This document shows positions 49,141 to 62,700 of a stretch of DNA of 64,000 nt, one piece after another. The notes below the pieces were generated by a model. The model was not told the origin of the DNA, searched no databases, and was given only the letters and a program-made list of their open reading frames with translations. Positions within the stretch are counted from its first letter, which is position 1; each line of letters starts with the position of its first letter. Source of the DNA: Macrostomum lignano (lineage: Eukaryota); NCBI GenBank assembly GCA_002269645.1, contig NIVC01003878.1:1-64000 (forward strand). Direction: 5' to 3'. The translations under genes were made by a program, and so were the position numbers.

Positions 49141-49605
49141 AAGCTTGGAACTGCCGAGTCTCAATTGAGGATGCCTTAATCCAGTTTCTTGAAAAATCTT
49201 GATGAAATCTTTTGAAAAGAATATCTACTTTAGAGAATAAAGTTAATCAGAATCATGCTGCATCCTAAAATATTCATAAATTATGAATAAATAATAATTA
49301 GAATTCTTCTTTATTTTAACAATGCAAGCATCGCAAGAACGAATTTAAGGAATTCAACCGACAGGCCATATCAACTGACGGAGCATTTTGTCTGCTTCCA
49401 AAAAAGCTGTCACGGTTTTTGTGCCCGATAAAGTGAAAGTTGCTAAATCGTTTAGTGTTAATATTGCGCAGATCTTTAAAGATTTTGTGTGCAATAATGT
49501 TTGCTGATCTTAGGGCGTATGCATTAACATTGATAATGAAGAAGCTTTCTATGAGATCGAGAAGCAATATAATATTAATAATAATAATACTGGAGTATCC
49601 GACAG

Positions 49606-49962
<357 letters not shown>

Positions 49963-50651
49963 TCAGGATCCTTTACCTGGTACTCTATGTCTTTTATAGT
50001 TGTAACCTACTTAGCATCTATAAATAAAAGAAAATAAAAGTAAAACGCAAATTATTCAACTTTAACCAAGACGCTCGTACGCTACTGAGTAGTATATATG
50101 TATAATAACACTATAAAATAAAATAGAATTATTTATACAATAAACAAAAAATGTGACCTCCAGCCAGTGGAAGGTTTATTAAAAAAACAGAATGATCTAA
50201 CATAAGAATACAAGCCTTACTATCATAGCTCGAATAACTTGCGAAGGATAAGCAAAACATTAAAATGTTTAAAATGAATTGAGGGTTAAACTCACATGGA
50301 GACAAGTTTAGGACTGCGGTGATAAACAAGAATATCCTTGACCTAAAATAAACTCGAAACGGCTCCGATCGAAAATTTAATAGTCAAAGCAAAAAAGCTC
50401 GAAGAAGAAGACTTCGAGAATATGAAAATGATTCAAATATCACCTAGAAATAAAATATTGTTTATCTTGTGTTAATACTAAATTGTGAGGTGTGACATTA
50501 CCAAATGAACCAAATACATTACAGAATAAGCAGGTATCCATAATTATATCCGTAAAATATTCATAATGATAAAATCTATGCAAAAAAGAGAATTTTTTTA
50601 TTTCCGCACTTTGATACTTCTAGTAGCATGTTGAAGGAAAACAAATAAGTG

Positions 50652-50767
50652 TTAAACGTGGTATTTCTTCTTCAAGAAATCAAGATAGTTCGGGTCGCTT
50701 TCAGCTACCGTTCGACTGAGGTTGACCGTGGATCGGGTCTTCGATACGAACATCCGGGATGCGTTGT
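50652..50767 (-). CDS. ANKRD26-like terminal exon (DNASRMF...YLDFLKKKYHV-stop)
   Basis: cccgcag|AC; phase 1 matches; missed by ORF track. Confidence 0.8.
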
Positions 50768-53700
50768 CTGCGGGGGAGGGCGGATGTTCACGCGATTAGC
50801 GACGCCCCCGAGCAAATCCCCACTTGCCATTCCCCACTTGCCATTTCCCACTTGCCATTCCCCAACCGCACCAGTGCCACTCCACACAGACTCACCAGAC
50901 TCCAGATGCTTTGAGATGCTCCTGTCCAGTTCCGACCGAAGTCGCTGCTGCAACAGCGGATCCGGGCTGGACAAAGACTGATTAGAAGAGTACATGTTGT
51001 ACTGCTGCTGGTGCTGCGGCTGCATCAGCGGCTGCTGGAAGCTGAACTGCGACACACCGGACGCCAGCCGGTGCCGCTCCCTGTCCAGACTGAGCGCGGC
51101 AGCCGTCTGCGCCTCCGTGTTGTTGAGCCGTTCGAGCTCCTCGGTGAGCTTCTGCCTGACTCGCTTCTCCTGGTCGTACAGCTGGCGGTAGTGCTGGCAG
51201 TCGCTGGACAGCCGGTCCCGCTCGGCCGACATGTCCAGACAGGTCCGGCGCAGGTCGTCTACGCTCATCTGCGAATTGTTATTTTTTGTTATTGTTTTAA
51301 AATAAGTTTGAGATACTCTACTTATTAATAATCGATAGTAGTATGATGCGGAAAGCTATAGAAATCGCCGGTGTGTCAAAAGAAACAGAAAAAATGCAAA
51401 GCAGACAGACGTAAAAGTTTAGCAAAATTCTAGAGAAAAACAAGAAAAAAATTAGATACTACTTTTCCGCACACAATAGTAGTGTGATAGTATATAAAAG
51501 CACATAATATTAAAAATAAAAACGTTAATGGTGGAGAAAACTTCTAGGCAAACTTGAGAAAAGCAGAATCTACAACATCCAGCTCTACAAAGGTGACAGT
51601 CCAAACGCTAGGGTGAGAGCAATAAAATAAAGTAGGTCCATCAGTCCGCCACTCTGTCCATCAGGCTGTCCAGACTCTCGACAGCTACCTGCAATCGTTC
51701 GGCATCTTCGCGCAGCTTTCGCTCGACCTCGTCGCGCCTGGCATCAACCTCGTCACGAACCCGCTGCTGTCCGGCCAGGTGGTCGTTCATCTGGCCGAGC
51801 CGCTGGTTCAGTTCGTCCCTAGCCCGGTGTTCCACGTCCTCCTTGTACTTGGCCAGCTCGCATTTCGCCACAAAGTTGGCTTTAATGTAGGCCTGCGAAA
51901 TTTGGATCAGAGTTTGCGGTTTACGATAAATCTTCTCGGTTTCTATGGCTCTTCAACTTTGGACTTCTAAGTCCCCAGTTTCGTCATTGGCGCCCTATCA
52001 TTCAATCACTCAGCACTTTTGTTAAACCCCATTGGTGATTTTATCCAGTCGATGACGTCTCATCTAAATGACGTCACTTTTTGATGACGTAACACCTAAA
52101 CAACGTCACACCTAAACGATGTTACCTTTCGATGACGTCTCACCCAAATGACGTCCCTTTTTGATGAAGTAACACCTAAACGACGTCACCCCTCGACAAC
52201 ATCACTCCAAAATAAAATCCACCACCAATAATTTCCCCTCTATGGCGTCACTCCTCGTTGGCATCAACCCTGGATTACCATTGGTATATCGTACAAAAAA
52301 TGCACAAACAATTGAATCACGTCACCCTTTGATGACGTCGCTCATACAGTATATAAACACTTAACACCTCCATTTCGAGTACATCATACGCACGATGACG
52401 GCAAATAAATCCATTATACTAAAAATGGTTTGGCGGTATCTATCTGTCTATGTGATCGATTAGAGAAAATGATACTCTAAAGTAGCTATCAACTAACCTT
52501 GTAATCGGTAAGCTCTGCTTCAGCCCGATCCTTCTGCTCCTCCAGCTTGGCTAGAGCCTCTTCCAGACTGCGCACGGCCATCAGGTCGCCTTGTAGGCTT
52601 CGATTCTCAGCTTCCAGTCTGTCCTGATTGGTGTCCTGCAGTGCCAGCCGGCTCTGCAGCAGCTGCACCCGACTGCGCACAGTCGCCAGAGCGTCGTCCA
52701 TCGCCCGACGCTCGGAGTCGAAGTCGGCCAAACCGAGCTCCTTAGTCCGCCGGCGCTGCTGCTTCAAGCTGCCGCGTAGGGCGGTCAGTTCTGTCTCGAA
52801 GTCGCCATAACTGTCAGTGTAGCAATTAATGAGCTTGAGAAATGCGCCAATCAATCAGCGCTCAAGTGAGGTATGAGAGGAAGAATGAGGTTGGAGGCAT
52901 GATGATTGCAATCTTAAAAGCTCCAACCAATCAGCGCTCGGGGAAGGTATGAGAGGAAGAATAGGGTGGGGCATGGGGATGACAGTCTAAAAAGGTGCCG
53001 GCCAACCAGCAAGTGAGTGGGAGACAAGAGGAAGGGGAGAATGGGGTGAGAGTATTGACTGCGAGAAAACCCCCTTCCAGCAAATCAGCGTACGATTGGG
53101 GGACGAGACGAAGAAGAGAATGGGGTGGGGCGCACGGACTGCGAGTAGAAAACCTTCCAGCCAATCAGCGCGCGAGTGAGTGACGAGAAGAATAGAATGA
53201 ATGGGTCGGGCGCGTTAGAAACTGTGGGTTTCTAGTTTGCAATTCGACCTTACGAGTAATTATTTGAACTCTGACTCACCGACGCTCATAATCCTTGACT
53301 TTGCTTTCCAACTGCTTTCGGCCGAGCTCGCTCTTCTGCCAGGTAAGTCGCTCTTCTTCTACTCGAAATGCTAGTTCCTCTTTAGCCTTCTCTAGCTGAG
53401 ATACCTGTTTTTTAATAATTCAAAGGAACGATATTATATAAAATCAAATGGTTTCAGAAACAAGCAGATATCAAAGCAGCAAGCCTCACCCTGAGATTGA
53501 GCTTTGACATGGTTTTCCTGTCCGACTCGCTGGTCTCCTTCAGCTGCTCAAGCGCGTTCTCAGCCTCCTTTCGGGCCTTCTCCTCAGCCTGGTTGATCAA
53601 TCGATTCATATGCTTGATTTGTTTTTTTATAATCGCATGTCCTTTGCTTAGCAGTAGAATAGCTTGTCAGTGTTCCAAGTGAGCTGCTACTCACAGTAGG

Positions 53701-56700
53701 CAAAGTGCGCAATTTAGTGTAAAAAAATCGAAAATTAAAAATGCTTGAAAATATGTGATTCAACAAAGGTGAGAAGCCGGAAGAAATTTTGACGCTTTGC
53801 TTGAAATTCACGCCAATGTTTCAGCTCAGTGAAGCTTACAACATTTATCATCAGAAATTAAATTAATTTTGTACAGAATTAAAAATCAAAATATGCACAC
53901 AGACTCGTTGAGTACCTTCAGCTTATCGAGCAGCTCAGCTTTTGCTCGCTGACATTTGCCAAAATCTTCTTTCGCTTCTCTGACCGTCTGGTATTTCCAG
54001 AATGAAAAAAATAATATAGCAAAATAGAAAAAGCGCAGACTGTTTTTAAAGAACAAAAGTATTTGTTAAAAATGGTAAAATAGGCATGCAATAGGAAGAC
54101 AGGCAAAAGCTTAGAATTGGAAATAAGATCTACTTTCTGCAGGCAGGTGCCAGCTGAGGCATGGAGGGCCATAAGAACAGTTTTTTAAACATGCGTTTCC
54201 ATGGAAACCATACCAGAGAGAAATCATTAGCTGGAAATTATTGGAATATTGTGTGATTGGTTTTGAATTCTATTAATTATTTAATGAGTTAAAAATTCAT
54301 CTAAGCTGCCATTTCTGCAATACCTCATTTAACGAGTCCAGTTCCCGGGTCAGGCCTCGGACCTTTCTCTGCTCAAAGTCCAGCGACATCTCCAGTTTCA
54401 CGTTGCGAACCTCCTGGTGACGAATTCGCTCCTCGTATTCATCCTGTGACAGTTTGGATAGGAATATTGTCTCTTTCACCCTATTCACAGTCAATTCTAC
54501 CGAATTCGCAGTCTATTCTACCATTCACAGTCTGTTCTACCCCATTCACAGTCTTTTCTACCCGATTCACAGTCTATTCTACCCGATTCACAGTCTATTC
54601 TACTCCATTCACAGTCTATTCTACCCGATTCAGTCTACTCTACTCCATTCACAGTCTGTTCTACCCCATTCACAGTCTGTTCTACCCCATTCACAGTCTG
54701 TTCTACCCCATTCACAGTCTGTTCTACCCCATTCACAGTCTATTCTACGCCATTCACAGTCTATTCTACGCCATTCACAGTCTATTCTACCCGATTCACA
54801 TTATTCTACCCCATTCACAGTCTGTTTTACCCGATTTACAGTCTATTCTACCCGATTCACAGTTTCTTCTACCCCATTCACAGTCTATTCTACCCGATTC
54901 ACAGTCTATTCTACCCGATACAGTCTGTTCTACCCCATTCACAGTCTGTTCTACCCCATTCACAGTCTATTCTACGCCATTCACAGTCTGTTCTACCCCA
55001 TTCACAGTCTATTCTACCCCATTCACAGTCTTTTCTACCCCATTCACAGTCATCTATTCTTCCCAATGTAAACGTCTAGTTTAACCGTGACTTATGATAT
55101 TTTGCCATTGGACTTCATGATACGGGTTGAGCCTCAATTCTCACAGCTCTCCATGACGTCATCTTCCCGTTGCCGGATCCGTGAGACGCGCCGGCAGCCG
55201 CCGCAGCCTCGTCATCGGCGCCAGCAGCAGCAGCGGCAGCAGACGAGGCCCGCTGTCGAAAGCCGGCGCCACCGGATCGCAGCGCGGAAATCTCCTCTTT
55301 CAGAGAGACGATCTCCGCCCTGAGTCCGGTCACCTCGGTTTTAAGCGACCCGGCCTCGTACTGCAGGCCGATCTTCTCCTTCTCCAGCTCAACTTTTGTC
55401 TGCGTTTAAATTTTTGTGTTTTTCGTTTTAATGACTTTAAATAAAATTACGGCGGCGATTTAAACTGCTTGTGAAGCTTCTTTACTATACAAAGTGCGGT
55501 GGTGTGAGAGTTGCGAATTTAGAAAAAAAACAAAACAACGCACATTCTCTGGCGATCCTTAATGTACATTCTCTGGCGAGCCCCAATGTACATTTTCTGG
55601 CGAGCCCCAATGTACATTCTCTGGCGAGCCCCAATGTACATTCTCTGGCGAGCGCCAATGTACATTCTCTGGCGAGCGCGAATGTACATTCTCTGGCGAG
55701 CCCCAATGTACATTCTCTGGCGAGCGCCAATGTACATTCTCTGGCGAGCCCCAATGTACATTCTCTGGCGAGCGCCAATGTACATTCTCTGGCGAGCCCC
55801 AATGTACATTCTCTGGCGAGCCCCAATGTGCATTCTCTAGCGAGCGCCAATGTACATTCTCTGGCGAGCCCCAATGTACATTCTCTGGCGAGCCCCAATG
55901 TACATTCTCTGGCGAGCCCCAATGTACATTCTGGCTATGCACTAAAACACACTATAACAGTTTTGGTTGAACCGTAGGTCATGTGGGACATGAACAGAAC
56001 ATTAAGGACACACTATAAGACGCACACTAAGACACACTAGGACAGACACTTTAACAGCACAAGCATTAAAGCAGCTGCTAAAACATATGTTCTGTCCAGC
56101 TACTTCTAGCAGTGACCAGGACACACCATTAAGACAAAAAACTTTCGCTTTAGGCTTAGCAAAGGTGCAGCTCATGTTGGTGCTCAAAAACTTCAACGCT
56201 CAATGGAAAAACGAGCAGCCAATTCAAACAGTGCAGTGCTTCGAGGTGAGACAGCAATCTAAAGACTAAACGAGAACCTCTTTAGCGCAGGCCAGGTCTG
56301 CCTCAGCCTGGCTGAGCTTGCGCATCAGTCCGGCCTGCTCGTGACGCAGGCTGAGCAGCTCCGCTTGCTGTTTCTCGCTGCGCTGCTCGCTAGCCCGAAG
56401 GTCGCTACGGGTCTGGGCGAGCTCGCCCGCCAGACAGCCCTGGTTGCGCTCCAGGCTGGTGCGGGTCTTACGGCAATTGAGGGAGTAAGCTAAGGCTTTG
56501 ATCATTCTAGTCCGACTAGATCCCAGATCCTAGATCCCAGATCCTAGATCCCAGATCCTAGATCCCAGATCCTAGATCCCAGATCCTAGATCCCAGATCC
56601 TAGATCCCAGATCCTAGATCCCAGATCCTAGATCCCAGATCCTAGATCCCAGATCCTAGATCCCAGATCCTAGATCCCAGATCCTAGATCCCAGATCCTA

Positions 56701-59700
56701 GATCCCAGATCCTAGATCCCAGATCCTAGATCCCAGATCCTAGATCCCAGATCCTAGATCCCAGATCCTAGATCCCAGATCCTAGATCCCAGATCCTAGA
56801 TCCCAGATCCTAGATCCCAGATCCTAGATCCCAGATCCTAGATCCCAGATCCTAGATCCCAGATCCTAGATCCCAGATCCTAGATCCCAGATCCTAGATC
56901 CCAGATCCTAGATCCCAGATCCTAGATCCCAGATCCTAGATCCCAGATCCTAGATCCCAGATCCTAGATCCCAGATCCTAGATCCCAGATCCTAGATCCC
57001 AGATCCTAGATCCCAGATCCTAGATCCCAGATCCTAGATCCCAGATCCTAGATCCCAGATCCTAGATCCCAGATCCTAGATCCCAGATCCTAGATCCCAG
57101 ATCCTAGATCCCAGATCCTAGATCCCAGATCCTAGATCCCAGATCCTAGATTGAATTAGATCTTAGATTCTTTTCTCCATACCTTAAGATCCCACACCTG
57201 AGATCCCCCTACCTTGTCAAAGTCGTCCCTGTATCCGTTGAGAATGTCGCACAGGCGCTGCTGCAGCTGGCTCTCCTTCTCGTCTCCCTTGCTGGCCGCT
57301 GCCGCCAGCCTCTGCAGCTGGTCGCGCAAATCCGCGTTGGCCTGTTCGGCCCCGGCCAGCCGGCCCTCGGCCGAGGCCAGCGCAGCTTCGGTCTCGCGCA
57401 ATTTGCGCGTCTCCGCGCGGGCTTCGCGCAATTCGGCCTGGCTGGCCGCCAGCTCAGAGCGGAACCGACGCGACTCAGCGCTGGCCTCCTTGGCGGCGTC
57501 CAGGGCGCGATGGAGCTCCTCCTGGGGGGGCAGTTGGGGTGACCCCAGGTTCGATTCCGTGCTCGGCCACATTCATTAGGGGCTCGTGTGCCATAAGGGC
57601 CAACTCCCAAGGCACAGAGACTGTACATGCCTGACAAATCAGAAAGTCAGGACCGCTGTGCACCCTGTGTGAGCGTGTGTGCGAGTGCGGACCTGTGTAC
57701 AGTATTGGCGTGATTGTATGTGCTCAGGAGCCAGTAGGGAGACCCAAGTAGACCCTGAGCACACCAACGAGTAACTTAGCGCATCTCTCATTGGCTGGCA
57801 TTTTCTGCATTTAAATCTTCTGTTTTTTGTAACAAAAACTTTTAAAAAAATTATGGCATCGATTTAAACAGCTTTCGGGCCTTTTTTACTATTAACAAAG
57901 TGCGGTGGTGTGAGAGTTGCGAATTTAAACAATACGCTCGTACAGAACAATGTACATTTTCTGTCGAGTCCCAATGTACATTCTCTGGCGAGCCCCAATG
58001 TACATTCTCTGGCGAGCCCCAATGTACATTCTCTGGCGAGCCCCAATGTACATTCTCTGGCGAGCCCCAATGTACATTCTCTGGCGAGCCCCAATGTACA
58101 TTCTCTAGCGAGCCCCAATGTACATTCTCTGGCGAGCCCCAATGTATATTCTCTGGCGAGCGCCAATGTACATTCTCTGGCGAGCTCCAATGTACCGAAA
58201 GCCACTAACCTGACTGGCTGCCGACTTTGCCCGCTCCGCCGCCAGCTGCTCCTCCAAGCGCACGGCCGCCTCCTTGGCCTGGTGCAGCTGGCCGGCCAGA
58301 TCGGCCGCCTGCTTGTCCCCCTGTCCGGCAGACTCGGTCAGCGCGGCCAGGCGCGCCTGCAGCTGCCCGGCCTCCGCGCGCTCCGCTTCCGCGCGCTGGC
58401 GCTGCTCCAACGCATCGGCCCGCGCTGCCTCCAGGCTGAGCGCCATCTTCGCCAGCGCCTCCCGGGACGCCGCCTCCGCCTCGGCCGCCTGGCCCTCCAG
58501 CTGGGCGCGCTCGTCCAACCAGCGCGTCTCCTGTGCGCGCATCCGGCCGCGCAGGGTTTCCACTTCGGCTCGGAAGTCTGCGGCCTCGCGCTCGGCAACG
58601 TCGGCGCGACGGCGACTCGCCTCGACCTCGGCCGTCAATCCTTCGGTGTCGGCGTCGTCTTCGACTCTGTCGGCTGTGCTGCGCCGCTCCGTCGCCGCTG
58701 CCGCCGCCGCCGCCACCGCCTGCCGCTCGGTCTCCAAGGCATCGCGCGCCTGCGCCAGATCAGCCTCGGCGGCGCGCAGTCTGGCGAGCGCCGAGTCCCG
58801 CTCGGTGTGCAGCGCCTCCGCCTCGGCCCGGGCGTCCTCGCGGGCTCGCGCCTCCGCTCTGGCGGCCTCCCGCTGCTCGTCGAGCTTCTCAGCCAGGGCG
58901 GCGCGTCGGTCAGCCTCGGACTGGAGGTTCTCCTCGGCGTCGCTGAGTCGCCGCGCCAACTCCGCGAGCTCCTCGGCGAGGCGCTGGCGCTCAGCTTCAG
59001 AGCGCGAGCAGTCGGCGCGGCTGGCGGCCAGCTGCCTGGAGAAGTCGTCGAGCTGCGCCTGCAAGCGGGCGACCTCCATCGGCACCGGCGGCAACGAGCC
59101 GTCTTCGTCGTCATCGTCGGACAGCGAGGAGTTGCCGGTTTTGGCGGCGGCAACTGCGGCGACTGGTGGCGGTCTGGAAGGTCAGCAGTTTTGAGGGGTG
59201 GTCATAAAAGTGCAGTGCCGCCGCATCGTACTTCAGTACAACCTTGTTTATTAACTTGTAAAAAATATTTTCCTTATATTTCTACTATTAGTAGAGTATC
59301 GAAGAAACGTTACTTATAAAAACATTTATACATAAACTATTCTCCTATTGTTACTGTTAGTAGAGTATCGAGAAAGTGTTAACTATAGTTTTTTAAAATG
59401 TCGATTAAAAGTAAAAGCACACTGGAGCGGGTCAGAGCTCGTAAAGGTCTACAACAGCAGCTCACGTTTCGGACAGCTGGTTCTCCTGCAGCATGGCCGC
59501 GATCACCGTGTCTGCGCCCTCTTTTCTTTGGGAATCGAAACTGAAATTTATAAATTTTGGGTCAGTTATAAATCATGAAATTCTAATTACTGACTACTGG
59601 GTAGTTTGTCGTTATTAAAATATGGCAAAAAAACTCACAAGTCGTCTCCGACATTGTCTGCTCCAGATGGATGCTTCTGGAATTGGTAAACAAACCATAA

Positions 59701-62700
59701 TACTCGATAAATCTCGCGTAGTCAGGTCTCGGGATCCTCAGAATCAGATTCAGAATCCCGGATTCTAGATCCCAGCTCCCAGATCCTGAATCCCGGATTC
59801 TAGATCCTAGATCCCAGTTCCCAGATCCCGAATCCTGGATTCTATATCCCAGTTCCCAGATCCCAAATCCCGGGATATAGATCCCAGTTTCCAGATCTTG
59901 AATCCCGGATTCTAGATTCCAGATCCTAGTTCCCACATCCCGAATCCCGGATTCTAGATCCTAGATCCTAGTTCCCACATCCCGAATCCTGGATTCTATA
60001 TCCCAGTTCCCAGATCCCAAATCCCGGATTCAATATCCCAGTTCCTAGATCCCAAATCCCGGATTCTAGATCCCAGTTCCCAGATCCCGAATCCCGGATT
60101 CTAGATCCCAGATCCCAGTTCCCAGATCCTGGGTCCCAGATTCCAGATCCTAGATCCCAGATACTAGATCCCGAATCCCGGATCAGACATCCCGCTCCCC
60201 GAATTCCTGGTTCAGTGAAATTCTTGTAACGCACCGCCTCATCGTCCCAGTCAGACTCGGTTTCAGACTGCGTTCGTCCCTTAGCGAACTTTCGTTGGCT
60301 TGCCTGAAAAAATTGTAAAAAAGGAATTTTCTTGCGCGCAAGAACGGCTCCCAAATTTCAGAGGGCCATGAGCTCACTGGCGTGGATTCTTCCGCGATCG
60401 GCTGCAGGCCGTCTTTGTCAGTTTTGCTCAACCTGCGACCCAGCTGCTCCTGATGCTGCTGTGGCGGCGGCGGCGGCGGCGGGGGTCGCCTTGGAGACAC
60501 GACCGAGTCTCCGGCCTCCGTTGAGGTGTCCCAGTCGCTGACGGGCTGGGGAAAGAGTTTTTTAATAAATTCGAGCGTGTTTGAACCAGGACAACACGGA
60601 CTGCAAATCACTCAGACCACAGATCCCACACCCCAGATCCCACACCCCAGATCCCACGCCCCAGATCCCACACCCCAGATCCCACACCCCAGATCCCACA
60701 CCCCAGATCCCACACCCCAGATCCCACGCCCCAGATCCCACACCCCAGATCCCACACCCCAGATCCCACACCCCAGATCCCACACCCCAGATCCCACACC
60801 CCAGATCCCACGCCCCAGATCCCACACCCCAGATCCCACACCCCAGATCCCACACCCAGATCACATCACAGATCCCACATCCTAGATCCAAGATTCCTCA
60901 TCCCAGATCTTACATCTCACATCCCACATCCCACATCCCACATCCCACATCCCACATCCAACATCCCGCATCCCAGATCCCAAATCCCAAATCATAAATC
61001 CCATGATTGAGCGCTGCCTACCTCCTCTCTGGCGCTGTCTTTCGGCTTGCTCCTCGCCGTGGTGGCGGCCTCCGAGCCGTCCCAGTCCGAGTCGGAATCG
61101 GCGCCCTCGCCGCCCTGGACCTGCTTGGCCTTCGATGCCGACTCGGCGGCGACAGGAGCAGCGACAGAGTCGTCCCAGTCCGACTCCGCCTCATCGTCGT
61201 CCTTGGCGGGGCCCTGGAATTCAAAGTAGGCATTCTATAAAGAATAAAGTCGTTGACATGGCAACGATGGTTAAGCAAATACTCAGGAAGTGCTCTAAAT
61301 AAGATTCTTATAGAATGCAGTTGCCATGGCAACAAAGAAGCAAATGAATTCGACCTAATTTACCGAGATAGCTGCTGTTGGCTCGGGGACGACCTCTGAG
61401 ATTTCGGATGCGTCCCAGTCCGACTCTTGGCGTTGGAACACCGGCTTCTGCTGAAAATTACGATTAGTTATAATCGTGGATTCGTCATAATGATGGATTG
61501 GTCCTAGCATATGGTTTGAATATAGATAACCTATTGGTCACAGAAAAGGATTGGTCATGGCGAATGAATCGGTCATAGATGATAGATTGGTCATAGAAAA
61601 TGGATTAGTCATTGATAATAGATTGGTCATGGATTATGGATTGGTCATAGATGATAGATTGGTCATAGACAATAGATTGGTCATAGATGATGGATTGGTC
61701 ATAGATAATAGATTGGTCATAGATGATGGATTGGTCATAGATGATAGATTGGTCATAGATGATGGATTGGTCATAGATGATAGATTGGTCATAGATAATT
61801 GATTAATCATAGATGATAGATTGGTCATAGATGATAGATTGGTCATAGATGATAGATTGGTCATAGATGATAGATTGGTCATAGATGATAGATTGGTCAT
61901 AGATGATAGATTGGTCATAGACAATAGATTGGTCATAGATGATAGATTGGTCATAGACAATAGATTGGTCATAGATGATAGATTGGTCATAGATACTGGA
62001 TTGGTCATAGACAATAGATTGGTCATAGATGATAGATTGGTCATAGATGATAGATTGGTCATAGACAATAGATTGGTCATAGATGATAGATTGGTCATAG
62101 ATACTGGATTGGTCATAGATGATAGATTGGTCATAGATGATGGATTGGTCATAGATGATAGATTGGTCATAGATGATAGATTGGTCATAGATGATAGATT
62201 GGTCATAGATGATGGATTGGTCATAGATGATAGATTGGTCATAGATGATAGATTGGTCATAGATGATGGATTGGTCATAGACGATGGATTGGTCATAGAT
62301 GATGGATTGGTCATAGATGATAGATTGGTCATAGATGATGGATTGGTCATAGATGATAGATTGGTCATAGATAATTGATTAATCATAGATGATAGATTGG
62401 TCATAGATGATAGATTGGTCATAGACAATAGATTGGTCATAGATGATAGATTGGTCATAGATGATAGATTGGTCATAGATGATGGATTGGTCATAGATGA
62501 TAGATTGGTCATAGATGATGGATTGGTCATAGACGATGGATTGGTCATAGATGATGGATTGGTCATAGATGATAGATTGGTCATAGATGATGGATTGGTC
62601 ATAGATGATAGATTGGTCATAGATAATTGATTAATCATAGATGATAGATTGGTCATAGATGATAGATTGGTCATAGATGATAGATTGGTCATAGATAATT

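Noticed and set aside
57910-59319. Plus-strand 469 and 306 aa ORFs
   Set aside because: Antisense shadows of the GC-rich coiled-coil exon.
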